Positions 34,001-45,800 of a DNA stretch of 64,000 bases are shown here, in pieces. Made by a program: the position numbers and the translations under genes. The notes beneath the pieces were generated by a model that worked only from the letters and a program-made list of their open reading frames with translations, made no database searches and was not told where the DNA came from. Numbering within the stretch: the stretch's first letter is position 1; the number at the start of each line of letters is the position of its first letter. The DNA is from Dudresnaya verticillata (Eukaryota), in contig OZ374559.1 in NCBI GenBank assembly GCA_977862235.1, positions 1,426,001 through 1,490,000 on the forward strand, written 5' to 3'.

Positions 34001-35389
34001 GCAGTCAACTGTTGCTCTCTCAACTTGCGAGTCGGAGTACTATGCAATGACTCTGGCTGCGAAAGAGACGGTTTGGGTCACGCGAGTGCTGAAGGAGGCC
34101 GACTTGAACGTCGAAGGCCCGGTTCCATTGAGATCAGACAACCAGTCTGCCATCAATTGGGCTACTGGAGAACGCTGTCCGTCTGGTCGTGCCAAGCACA
34201 TCGACGTTCGTGTACACTTCATTCGCGAACTTGTCGCCGACTCTGTTCTGGAAGTTGTGTATGTGCCGTCAGAAGACAACGACGCGGACTTGCTGACAAA
34301 GCCACTCGGGCCCACTTTGCTCAATAGGATTCTACCAAGGGTTGGACTTGGAGGAGCCATCGAGGAGGAGTGTTGAGGACATGGTCGCTGGCGCCTCACG
34401 TCACGGGTCAGGTACCCCAGATGGTACCCTGGCACGCTTTCACCAAACCTTCCGGAGACGACAGCCCTTTTTCCGGGCTTCCAAAATCACGGCGCATTTA
34501 GGCCTTTTGCAAAAGCAACGTGAAACGGGCTTCTGATTGGTTGTTACAAACCGCCTCCATGGTCTATATGGCTTACAAGTGTTGTGCTGGAATTGGCGGT
34601 TATAACAGGAACGGCCAAGTGGAACGATCTGATTGGACCACATGGATGCACGTGGTATGGCATGGAATGGTACTGGTATGACGCGCACTGTACTCCACAA
34701 GTACATATGAACGTGCCATGCAATGTGCTGATGGCGTCTGAGTTGGTACTGCAGGGACTTGCGCTACGTGGAGCCTGGCTTGTGATATCAGCAGATGCAG
34801 TTTTCGTGCGTGTATCAGCAGATGCAGTTGTCGTGCGGCCGACACGTTGGTTTACAGTTGCCACGTAGCTGTCGTGCGGCCGACACGTTGGTTTACAGCT
34901 GCCACGTAGGCAAATCTGGGTGATTACGTGGTCAATGATCCAAGTTGGATATTCATGGACGGACTTGAGCTCGTAAGTGCGGCCACGTGGTGTGCAGTGT
35001 TGTCCGACAGCAGCCATGCGGGGACACTCGATACTTTCGAGTTCCCGCCCAAAGTTGGAGTACATATGGATGGCAGGAAATGCGGTCGCAAGAGTGATTG
35101 CTGATGTCAGCAGTTAGCAACACTGGTGTGCAAGTTCCCGCCCATTTTGGTGGCGGATGTGAGTGTGCTGAGAGTATGATTTGGTAGATTTAATTGCTTT
35201 ACTTTTTCCCGCCCATTTGATGATAGGGATTTTGGGCGTTTCTTTAATGATTTGTTTTGTTTGTGTTCACGCAGCAACTCATCCGAAAAGCTGATATAAG
35301 CCATGTCGGATGGTCGACTGCAGTAACCGAAGTCAAGCGACTTCCATTTCTCATCTTGTTCAACTCCAACCTCTCCATATTCCTTTTCA
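28099..35389 (+). mobile_element. Copia copy D, structurally complete but with non-matching flanks (CAATG / CTCAC)
   Basis: LTRs 28099-29117 and 34371-35389 (1019 bp each), PBS 29118-29130, PPT 34362-34370, intact ORF. Confidence 0.97.
30054..34376 (+). CDS. gag-pol: Copia gag-pol polyprotein (1440 aa)
   Basis: Same catalytic motifs as copy A; stop TGA lies within the first 6 nt of the 3' LTR. Confidence 0.97.
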   Translation: MTDTEAEMDTSSGVKIPRFHGRRGDDYSLWRHRLRAACRIKGVWNVVHTSNDTPSSSQSTGEASADTSILHARTLAKREKACGIIISALGDAPLRVVMEVDDDPKRMLELLDSRYASSRTVSRIAVQTKLFRMTYTGQNMSNYVDQYTSLFAQLERMGNDSAIPETHKAPMLLASIDPSCHLEPTAAALRTKDAAELTWDYVATTLIDEYNAKDSHGSNAGGRSSKSKSRRKKKKKSASSRSRQQHNTLDDNDDSDDSSDIESTVRALAVALKSAKQAHSTPNRHLHCDVCDKDGHTADRCYLNPENPNNKLPPKVRQMFTNQGKKGNANSAVAASGKNNGKSAKVEIAGASVEMTTVVPPNDQGTYADSGATVHCFHSMTSFVPSSVSRCEKRTVVLADKSSVTSDLCGDVILPFEHANIRLKKALFIPQMGYNLVSTGRLADKGIESHFRRLDVRLVLDSNGYYIGSGVRDASSGMYMLPEPELHTSEEQVLAVPSTQQTTELWHRRLAHINFRDLAKVHEHVEGVPELGSTHEVCRACRLGKAHKQSFPGHFRPAKAVGDLVHSDIVGPIQISFPDRFRYATTFLDDKSRFLVVACMRSRRMLSAAFDQASAKFIELGGAEITKLHSDGAQEYLALQKDLGGVGDSGKSFSPPYTPELNGIAERVNRTMVEAALTLLIQADLPGCLWPFALKHVNYVRNRVPHSTVGATPYSVMTGVVPDLKHLRVFGCAAYVLRLPRGSKFESRALEGVHLETLEHGIYRILVTGGDGIPRVVESRHVTFDESKFPGAPSLLEYGQDEADSDEDYASNSEASIFNSDSDDDVSLGNFEDEEDAIEVDTPSSPPLPPSEPSSFESDDTAEEENVSDSPPAGVSSDPERQQQSRYPRRQRRQTSKWFMASSAQAEQQVALTTGDEPTLREAMSATPEERGLWQSAIDDEFASLESKGTWVRDDSPGAQPLPTHAVLKVKRKSDGTVERFKARVVAGGNFQTYGEDYMETYAPVVSFSLVRMFLYLVLCLNLFVAQLDVKTAFLNGDLAEHVWVLSPRGIPGRESLCYKLLKAMYGLKQAHLAWHTKLCGDLARMMFEELPSAPCVFRRKSKSSGYAYILVYVDDLLILAPRKAERDAIVKELQGLYDLRLSEGVDLFLGVELGWKLDSDGRFVSLKMTQQVYTESVLRRFGLQNSKPACTPMVESFFTGLAAEEDKAVVSVETYQQMIGSLLYLGLRTRLDILASVLILARFQKAPTAYCHRGVKRVLRYLRGTHKHGVTYQSGTTRIQAYVDADYAGDTTDRKSMSGYMVKLGDAVCIWGSKKQSTVALSTCESEYYAMTLAAKETVWVTRVLKEADLNVEGPVPLRSDNQSAINWATGERCPSGRAKHIDVRVHFIRELVADSVLEVVYVPSEDNDADLLTKPLGPTLLNRILPRVGLGGAIEEEC

Positions 35390-36624
35390 CTCACAAAATC
35401 AGAGACACAAGCCGACACAGTGGGATAGGGACCACTTTCAACAGACAACAAGCAGACAGGACAGGACACAAGCCGACAGGACAGGACACAAGCAGACAGG
35501 ACAGGCCAGGACGGGACCGGACAGTATCAAGAATGAAAAGAAAAAGGAAGAAGGTTGCAGCGAAGCGATGAAGTCTGCGTAGGTCGACCTTCTGGGCCCA
35601 TAACCTGAAAAGGAATATGGAGAGGTTGGAGTTGAACAAGATGAGAAATGGAAGTCGCTTGACTTCGTTTACTGCAGTCGACAATCCGACATGGCTTATA
35701 TCAGCTTTTCGGATGAGTTGCTGCGTGAACACAAACAAAACAAATCATTAAAGATACGCCCAAAATCCCTATTATCAAATGGGCGGGAAAAAGTAAAGCA
35801 ATTAAATCTACCAAATCATACTCTCAGCACACTCACATCCGCCACCAAAATGGGCGGGAACTTGCACACCAGTGTTGCTAACTGCTGACATCAGCAATCC
35901 CTCTTGCGACCGCATTTCCTGCCATCCATATGTACTCCAACTTTGGGCGGGAACGTGAAAGTATCGAGTGTCCCCGCATGGCTGCTGTCGGACAACGCTG
36001 CACACCACGTGGCCTTAGTTACCAGCTCAAGTCCGTCCATGAATATCCAACTTGGATCATTGACCACGTAATCACCCAGATTTGCCTACGTGGCAGCTGT
36101 AAACCAACGTGTCGGCCGCACGACAGCTACGTGGCAACTGTAAACCAACGTGTCGGCCGCACGACAACTGCATCTGCTGATACACGCACGACAACTGCAT
36201 CTGCTGATATCACAAGCCAGGCTCCACGTAGCGCAAGTCCCTGCAGTACCAACTCAGACGCCATCAGCACATTGCATGGCACGTTCATATGTACTTGTGG
36301 AGTACAGTGCGCGTCATACCAGTACCATTCCATGCCATACCACATGCATCCATGTGGTCCAATCAGATCGTTCCACTTGGCCGTTCCTGTTATAACCGCC
36401 AATTCCAGCACAACACTTGTAAGCCATATAGACCATGGAGGCGGTTTGTAACAACCAATCAGAAGCCCGTTTCACGTTGCTTTTGCAAAAGGCCTAAATG
36501 CGCCGTGATTTTGGAAGCCCGGAAAAAGGGCTGTCGTCTCCGGAAGGTTTGGTGAAAGCGTGCCAGGGTACCATCTGGGGTACCTGACCCGTGACGTGAG
36601 GCGCCAGCGACCATGTCCTCAACA
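35390..36624 (-). mobile_element. 5' end of a Copia copy (part of leader, PBS, 5' LTR 35606-36624); probable original 5' end of copy C
   Basis: Followed by CGACA (36625-36629), matching 19295-19299; LTR shares GACAAT and AAGATAC variants with LTR 19300. Confidence 0.9.
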
Positions 36625-37393
36625 CGACACGTGGGCGTTGATGCTCCTTTCGTCTCTGACGTTCTCTTTCGAGGGTAGGGAATGGTCGCAATCGCGCGAC
36701 TGTGACCGCGACGGCCGCAGCCAGCGGCGGAGTCATCGCGCGATTTGTTGGCGCGTCGTGCACCGAACCCACGACAACTGTGTCTTCAACCGCCTCCCCC
36801 CATTTTTGGTGGGTTCGTCGATGCGCCCCTTCTTGGCGAGTTACGTCGGAGACGTTCAACGCGTGCTTTTGTGAACAGCCGTGGCCGGAAGGGTGACGGC
36901 GCCAGGGACTCGGCCGTCGTGCGAGCGTGCGCCTCGGCGTCGGAGACGGTTGTGGCGCGCTGCCACTTGCGCCTCCTGTCATCGCTGGTGCTCGTAGCAC
37001 CTGCTCAGCCACTTGGCATTATTTTGTTAGTCTCTCGTTGATTACTGAGCAGTGCACCTTGCCGTGTTTGTCAATTAAAACTTTCCAATCGCGTTTTGCT
37101 CCTATTACCCGATGGGCATGGGGGCGTATCTTGATTGCGATCTGGATCCACTGCCAGCCACATACCTATCTAGGGTTCCAGTATGGTATTCACTGCGAGG
37201 TGCCCGTTCGCGTGTCTGTCTATGACGCAACGACTTGCGTCCACGTCCGTCCATGATTCGCACACGTATCTGTTGCTACAGCGGGTGCGGCCGCGTCCAC
37301 ATGCCACGGGTTGGGCGTCCACGCCTTTGGCGACCGTAACTCGAGCATGCGGTCTCGATCGTCCATCCATTCGCTTCCAGTGGTGTTTCCTGA

Positions 37394-37612
37394 TTAGGGA
37401 TAGCCGCGCTGAGCGTCGTTGATGCTTGGCGGCAGCCGCGTACGTTTTCGGCGGTGGTACCGTGCGGCGTGTGATCGCGGCAAACTGGAGACTGGCTCCC
37501 AGGTGTTCGCTGAAGCGGGGTATCCAAACCACTTGACGCGGTAGAGGATCTCACCATCATCCGCGTACATGTGCGACTCGATGCGTTCAATAACGTATTC
37601 TTTCCCGCTCAC
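37394..37612 (-). pseudogene. Chromodomain at the end of Gypsy G1 pol
   Basis: EYVIERIESH....GEILYRVKWFGYPASANTWEPVSSL = chromo fold with aromatic-cage residues. Confidence 0.88.
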
Positions 37613-39883
37613 AGCGATCGGCTTGAACTTGTACCCTTCCAGTTCCTTTGGTGGTTCGTCTCGTTGCGTGATGGGCGTCTGTACAGGTTCGGCGAAGCGT
37701 ACTCGCCGGTTGATTGCCGAAGGCGCTGGCCTTGGGCCTCGGACGCTCGTTCAGCGGTCACCGTTCTGCTGCGTCTTGGGACGAGTCCATCGCTTGCAGC
37801 GCCTTGCTTCATGCTTGCGCAGTTAACCAATTCGTTATCGGACGCGCTTTCAGCGGAATCATTGTTATCAATCGGCGGTGCCGTAGTGACGTGTTCCAAA
37901 CTGGTGCAAACCCCTGGGGTACTGTCGTCGTCGGAGACCGATTGCGATGCGCGGTCGTCGGGGTCGGCAGCAAAGGGCGAAAGCGCTGCCAACCCAGAAC
38001 TGCGTGACGTTGCAATCGTACACTCTTGCGGATCTCCCGCGGTACGCGAAGTCCCTGCGTCACCCTCCGGGTCCGCTATTGGCGTATCTGGGGTAGTTGT
38101 CCCTTCGTCTTGTGACGTGGGGGCGGTTGCATCTTGCTCCTCAGGCGGGCCTGGTGGTACGACGATTGGAGGGGCCGCCTGACCCGGTGGGGTCGGCGCC
38201 CAGACCACGCGGTCTCGGGACATACGTTCCCGCTCTTCACGTCACTTATCGACGGTCACTGTCTCGTTATCAACGTTAGTTACTGTGGTGCAAAAGTCTG
38301 TCGACGGTCTACAACCCCGGACCGTTCGAAGTCCGGTGGGTAGCCGCTGATAGCGGAGGGAGGTGTGGTAGAGCTGAAAAGAACTCGCCAAAGGCGGACT
38401 GTAAACGCCCTTGGCGGTAAGGTGAAAACATCGGGAAAGAAAAGAGAAAAGGGAAAGGAAGGCAAAAAGGAAACACGTCTCGGACGGGAGTCAGACGCGG
38501 GAGCGCGGTAGGTCAGACGCTTATGCCTCAGGGCTAGCGAGTAGGTACGCGGAGCGCGAGAAGGGTAGTCTGGGCCAAGACCGGCTTGAAGGGACTTTAC
38601 TCGTACGTCCTAGACGAGTTACCTATGTACCATTACTAGCGTGGACGCTGGGGTCGCCGCGCGGGAACTCAGGACCCGTGTTACGCCGCAGTGCGTCTGA
38701 CAGATTCGCCGCGCGGTGCAGCCGGGTGTCTGACAGGTTCGTTCCTCGCGCTCTGTACTTGGGCTTACACACACAGGTGGCCACGTGCCCCTTACAGGTG
38801 CGGGCGGGTGGCAGCGTGTGTGATTTCGATCCTAATCCCGATTGGCAACAATATCACGAGCGCGCTCTCATTACAGGCGTGTGCATTACATCGGTGCAGG
38901 CCTCGCTGCCCGATCCTGATCCTCGATTTAGATCGCATCTAGATCCGAACCGTACTTACAAACCCGTAGCCTTACACCGCCGTCGATCCCGATGTCAATC
39001 CGGATCGCGCCTTAGCGGGCGCACGTCGCCTCGTGGTCCACGCGTACCCCCGCACAGTGCGCTGCTTGCGCATGCGAGGCGCCGAATCCGCTCTCCGTAC
39101 GCAGGTGAGCCGTTCGTACGTCCACTACGTGTTCGCGCCAACGGCGGGTGAGCGCGCCATTGGCGATATCGTCGGTCGACGTTTTTGTGATAACCCGCTC
39201 ACATTGAAAAGATGCCGGTCCCCCTTTGCACCAAACATATCCGATATGGTGCGTCCGCCACTGGCGCCAGCTTATAATTCCGCTCCGCGGGATCAGTGCT
39301 CCCGCCTCGGGCGAAGTATTCTTTTCGTACGAATACGAAGTCGCCTATGGCGATTGCTTCCCTCGATTTCCTTAACCGGGTATCGAAGTTCCGTTTGTAA
39401 CATGGTTGAGTTTTCTCTAACGACGCTTTAGCGGTTCCCATCAGTGCGGCCAGCCAGGTTCTCCACTTGGTGTAGTATTGCCCCGCGGTGGTTACGCTTT
39501 CGAGCGAAGGTTCCGCTGCAAGCGACAGTGGCCTTGGTGGCTTAGACAGCACCATTTCAAACGGAGCGAGATGCATAGAGGAATGCAACTGTGTGTTGTA
39601 TGCGAATGTCAAGGCATCTGTGAACAGGTCCCAGTCTCTCGGATCATCCGCAACGTAGTGGCGCAGCGAGGCGCGGATAGTTCGATTGAATCGTTCTTCT
39701 ACCAGGCGATTGCATCGCGGATTGTACGTCGTGGTGATGAGATTCTCCACTCCCAAAAGACGACAGATATCCTGAAACAACTTAGCCACAAACTGTGGTC
39801 CGCTGTCGGACAACAGTTTCTTGGGGGCCATACACGAAGACCCCATGTGGTACAAACGCCGTAGCGATTTCCAATGCCATACT
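37609..39883 (-). pseudogene. Gypsy G1 integrase core, GPY/F region and linker; interrupted by a solo LTR and truncated by Copia E
   Basis: LLSDSGPQFVAKLFQDIC...YNPRCNRLVEERFNRTI...WDLFTDALTFAYNT; KLAPVADAPYR rejoins VTNVDNETVTV across the LTR. Confidence 0.88.
38284..39235 (-). repeat. Solo Gypsy LTR inside the G1 integrase
   Basis: Termini TGTGGTGCAA...TTGCACCAAA; homologous to 13411 and 48066 LTRs; integrase reading resumes across it. Confidence 0.8.
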
Positions 39884-42800
39884 TGAAAAGAAATGTGGAG
39901 AGGTTGGAGTTGAACAAGATGAGAAATGGAAGTCGCTTGACTTTTTACTGCAGTCGACCATCCGACATGGCTTATATCAGCTTTTCGGATGAGTTGCTGC
40001 GTGAACACAAACAAAACAAATCATTAAAGAAACGCCCAAAATCCCTATCATCAAATGGGCGGGAAAAAGTAAAGCAATTAAATCTACCAAATCATACTCT
40101 CAGCACACTCACATCCGCCACCAAAATGGGCGGGAACTTGCACACCAGTGTTGCTAACTGCTGACATCAGCAATCACTCTTGCGACCGCATTTCCTGCCA
40201 TCCATATGTACTCCAACTTTGGGCGGGAACTCGAAAGTATCGAGTGTCCCCGCATGGCTGCTGTCGGACAACACTGCACACCACGTGGCCGCACTTACGA
40301 GCTCAAGTCCGTCCATGAATATCCAACTTGGATCATTGACCACGTAATCACCCAGATTTGCCTACGTGGCAGCTGTAAACCAACGTGTCGGCCGCACGAC
40401 AGCTACGTGGCAACTGTAAACCAACGTGTCGGCCGCACGACAACTGCATCTGCTGATACACGCACGAAAACTGCATCTGCTGATATCACAAGCCAGGCTC
40501 CACGTAGCGCAAGTCCCTGCAGTACCAACTCAGACGCCATCAGCACATTGCATGGCACGTTCATATGTACTTGTGGAGTACAGTGCGCGTCATACCAGTA
40601 CCATTCCATGCCATACCACGTGCATCCATGTGGTCCAATCAGATCGTTCCACTTGGCCGTTCCTGTTATAACCGCCAATTCCAGCACAACACTTGTAAGC
40701 CATATAGACCATGGAGGCGGTTTGTAACAACCAATCAGAAGCCCGTTTCACGTTGCTTTTGCAAAAGGCCTAAATGCGCCGTGATTTCGGAAGCCCGGAA
40801 TGGGCTGTCGTCTCCGGAAGGTTTGGTGAAAGCGTGCCAGGGTACCATCTGGGGTACCTGACCCGTGACGTGAGGCGCCAGCGACCATGTCCTCAACACT
40901 CCTCCTCGATGGCTCCTCCAAGTCCAACCCTTGGTAGAATCCTATTGAGCAAAGTGGGCCCGAGTGGCTTTGTCAGCAAGTCCGCGTCGTTGTCTTCTGA
41001 CGGCACATACACCACTTCCAGAACAGAGTCGGCGACAAGTTCGCGAATGAAGTGTACACGAACGTCGATGTGCTTGGCACGACCAGACGGACAGCGTTCT
41101 CCAGTAGCCCAATTGATGGCAGACTGGTTGTCTGATCTCAATGGAACCGGGCCTTCGACGTTCAAGTCGGCCTCCTTCAGCACTCGCGTGACCCAAACCG
41201 TCTCTTTCGCAGCCAGAGTCATTGCATAGTACTCCGACTCGCAAGTTGAGAGAGCAACAGTTGACTGCTTCTTGGATCCCCAAATACACACTGCATCTCC
41301 CAGTTTCACCATGTAACCAGACATAGATTTTCGGTCTGTGGTGTCACCGGCATAGTCAGCGTCCACATAAGCTTGGATACGAGTGGTTCCGGACTGGTAC
41401 GTAACTCCATGCTTGTGAGTGCCTCGAAGATATCGCAGAACCCTCTTTACACCACGGTGACAGTACGCAGTTGGAGCCTTCTGGAACCGTGCGAGGATAA
41501 GCACAGAGGCCAAAATGTCCAGCCTTGTGCGAAGCCCCAAGTACAGAAGTGACCCGATCATCTGCTGGTACGTCTCAACCGACACGACGGCCTTGTCCTC
41601 TTCGGCGGCAAGTCCAGTGAAGAAAGACTCAACCATTGGCGTACAAGCCGGCTTAGAGTTCTGAAGTCCAAATCGACGAAGAACACTTTCCGTGTAGACC
41701 TGTTGAGTCATCTTGAGGGACACAAATCTGCCATCAGAGTCTAGCTTCCATCCAAGCTCGACTCCGAGGAAGAGGTCAACCCCTTCAGACAGCCGTAGAT
41801 CGTAGAGGCCCTGCAGTTCCTTAACAATGGCGTCTCTCTCCGCCTTTGTGGGTGCGAGGATGAGCAAGTCATCAACGTACACCAAGATGTATGCGTATCC
41901 AGAAGACTTGGATTTGCGACGAAACACGCAAGGTGCACTTGGCAATTCCTCAAACATCATCCTAGCAAGGACACCACACAGCTTGGTGTGCCAAGCTAGG
42001 TGAGCCTGTTTTAGCCCATACATAGCCTTCAGAAGTTTGTAACAGAGAGATTCCCTTCCAGGAATCCCACGCGGTGACATTACCCACACGTGTTCTGCCA
42101 GATCACCATTCAGGAAAGCCGTCTTCACGTCTAGCTGTGCAACAAACAGGTTCAAACACAGTACCAAGTATAGGAACGTGCGCACCAGCGAGAACGATAC
42201 AACTGGGGCGTATGTTTCCATGTAGTCTTCACCATACGTCTGGAAGTTTCCACCAGCGACGACCCGCGCTTTGAAGCGCTCGACCGTCCCGTCGGACTTG
42301 CGTTTAACTTTCAGCACGGCGTGCGTTGGAAGCGGCTGTGCACCGGGACTGTCATCACGGACCCAAGTGCCTTTGGATTCCAAGGATGCGAACTCATCAT
42401 CAATGGCAGATTGCCACAACCCGCGCTCCTCCGGAGTGGCAGACATGGCCTCTCGAAGAGTGGGCTCATCTCCCGTTGTGAGGGCAACCTGTTGTTCAGC
42501 TTGTGCAGAGCTCGCCATAAACCATTTCGACGTCTGGCGACGTTGGCGACGAGGATATCGACTCTGTTGCTGGCGTTCTGGATCTGAACTCACACCAGCC
42601 GGAGGACTGTCAGAGACGTTTTCTTCCTCAGCCGTGTCATCAGATTCGAATGAGCTGGGTTCTGATGGAGGTAGTGGAGGTGAAGAAGGTGTGTCAACTT
42701 CAATCGCATCCTCTTCATCCTCAAAGTTACCCAGCGACACATCGTCATCAGAGTCCGAGTTGAAAATAGAGGCCTCTGAGTTAGAGGCGTAATCTTCATC

Positions 42801-45800
42801 CGAATCTGCCTCGTCCTGCCCATATTCCAACAGGCTTGGAGCACCCGGGAATTTGGACTCGTCGAATGTGACATGCCGCGACTCAACCACACGAGGTATA
42901 CCGTCACCGCCAGTGACCAATATCCTGTAGATCCCATGCTCTAGAGTCTCCAAGTGCACCCCCTCAAGTGCACGAGACTCGAACTTGGATCCGCGTGGGA
43001 GCCTTAGGACATATGCAGCACATCCAAACACTCTTAAATGTTTTAAATCAGGAACATCACCTGTCATGACCGAGTATGGCGTAGCCCCAACGGTTGAGTG
43101 TGGTACCCTATTGCGCACGTAGTTGACATGCTTCAGTGCAAACGGCCACAAACATCCCGGTAGATCAGCCTGGATCAGCAAAGTCAGGGCAGCTTCCACC
43201 ATGGTTCGGTTCACCCTTTCCGCGATTCCATTGAGCTCCGGAGTATAAGGTGGGGAGAAGGATTTGCCACTGTCTCCAACTCCTCCCAAATCTTTCTGCA
43301 AAGCCAAATACTCCTGAGCCCCGTCTGAGTGGAGTTTTGTTATTTCTGCTCCTCCAAGCTCGATAAACTTTGCTGAAGCTTGATCAAATGCTGCACTCAA
43401 CATACGGCGATTTCTCATACATGCGACGACCAAGAAACGGGATTTGTCATCCAGAAACGTCGTGGCATACCGGAAACGATCGGGAAAGGAGATCTGGATT
43501 GGACCCACAATGTCGGAATGCACGAGATCACCGACAGCTTTGGCCGGGCGGAAGTGCCCTGGGAATGATTGTTTGTGTGCTTTCCCAAGTCTACAAGCCC
43601 GACACACTTCATGAGTGGAGCCCAACTCCGGAACACCCTCAACATGCTCGTGCACTTTGGCCAAGTCCCGAAAATTAATGTGGGCAAGACGTCGATGCCA
43701 GAGCTCAGTAGTTTGCTGCGTGCTGGGGACAGCCAGTACTTGCTCCTCCGAAGTGTGCGGCTCGGGTTCTGGTAGCATGTACATTCCAGAACTCGCATCG
43801 CGAACACCGGATCCAATATAGTACCCATCAGAGTCGAGTACCAAGCGCACGTCCAAGCGGCGAAAGTGGGATTCAATTCCTTTATCTGCCAAACGCCCAG
43901 TAGAGACAAGATTGTATCCCATCTGCGGGATGAAGAGGGCCTTCTTGAGCCGAATATTGGCATGCTCAAACGGCAGAATCACATCTCCACATAGGTCCGA
44001 GGTGACAGACGACTTGTCCGCAAGCACTACAGTACGCTTTTCGCAGCGTGATACTGAGCTCGGTACAAAAGAAGTCATTGAGTGGAAGCAATGCACAGTT
44101 GCTCCACTGTCGGCATACGTTCCTTGGTCGTTCGGAGGAATAACAGTAGTCATCTCAACCGATGCACCGGCGATTTCTACCTTTGCAGATTTACCATTAT
44201 TCTTACCAGATGCAGCTACCGCCGAGTTGCCCTTTTTGCCCTGGTTGGTGAACATCTGTCGCACCTTTGGAGGAAGCTTGTTGTTAGGATTTTCCGGATT
44301 GAGATAGCATCGATCCGCGGTGTGTCCATCCTTGTCGCAAACATCACAGTGAAGGTGCCGGTTCGGGGTGGAGTGAGCCTGCTTGGCAGACTTGAGTGCA
44401 ACCGCCAACGCACGGACGGTGGATTCAATATCAGAAGAGTCATCGGAGTCGTCGTTGTCATCCAGCGTGTTGTGTTGCTGGCGAGAACGTGACGACGCGG
44501 ACTTCTTTTTCTTCTTCCGACGACTCTTCGACTTACTGGATCTCCCACCTGCGTTTGATCCATGAGAATCTTTGGCGTTGTACTCATCGATCAGCGTGGT
44601 TGCGACGCAGTCCCAAGTCAGCTCAGCAGCATCTTTGGTGCGGAGAGCTGCAGCTGTTGGCTCCAGGTGGCAGGACGGATCAATGGAAGCAAGCAGCATA
44701 GGTGCCTTATGTGTCTCCGGTATCGCCGAGTCGTTGCCCATGCGGTCGAGTTGGGCGAACAGTGACGTGTACTGGTCGACATAGTTGGACATATTCTGAC
44801 CGGTGTACGTCATACGGAATAGCTTGGTCTGTACGGCGATACGGGATACGGTTCGACTGGACGCATAGCGCGAGTCCAATAGCTCCAGCATGCGTTTGGG
44901 GTCATCATCAACCTCCATAACGACACGAAGCGGAGCATCACCAAGTGCGGAGATAATGATCCCGCAAGCCTTCTCACGTTTGGCCAAGGTTCTGGCGTGA
45001 AGAATGGAAGTATCCGCTGAGGCCTCTCCAGTTGACTGTGAGCTGCTCGGTGTGTCGTTTGAGGTGTGGACAACATTCCAAACCCCTTTGATGCGGCATG
45101 CGGCACGAAGGCGATGACGCCAGAGACTGTAGTCGTCACCTCTCCTGCCGTGGAAACGGGGTATCTTGACCCCGCTCGAAGTATCCATCTCGGCTTCGGT
45201 ATCAGTCATCGCTGTTGGGACTGATGGTGAGAAGAGATAACTTGAATAGTTTTAGAAAACTTGGGGAACTTGGGGCAGTGCTGTTAGTGCAACAGTATCG
45301 ATGCCCAGAGGGTAATAGTCGTGTTAAGCAGAGCAGTGCAGCTCACACAACGAAGACGTGACGACGAAACTGAGAAATGTGTCGAACACGTCGGTAATAT
45401 AATACAGTCACAAGCGGAGCACACTTTGCCAAGTAGCTCCCACGCTTGGAGTAATGAAACTCTCAGGTGATGATGGGATCACCTGGACTGAAGAAGAAAA
45501 GTTGAAACTTGAAGTTGAAAAGTTGATTCTTGATAGTTGAACGTCTTTTTGACGCGGGATGTTCTGGCACCAGGTTCTACCTAGTCACCCCTAGGAGTCG
45601 GACTCCTGGCCCCCGGATATGATTCTCCGGGTGAAATGCGTCTTTCAGCAGCCCTTTCGTGTCGTGCGCACACAGACACGAAGTATGCAATCCTTACGAG
45701 ACGTCCACCTTATGGGTAATAACTCAAAACGAGTGTTCACCACACGAACAGGTCCAGTCTCTTGCAGGAATGGAACTAGGCCCAACCGTGTCAAGGTTCT

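Noticed and set aside
37394..37612. Stand-alone host chromodomain gene
   Set aside because: Directly downstream of Gypsy integrase and linker on the same strand; it is the end of pol
39199..40014. 271-aa ORF as a complete integrase gene
   Set aside because: Its N-terminus is Copia LTR sequence and its C-terminus is Gypsy LTR; only the middle is integrase
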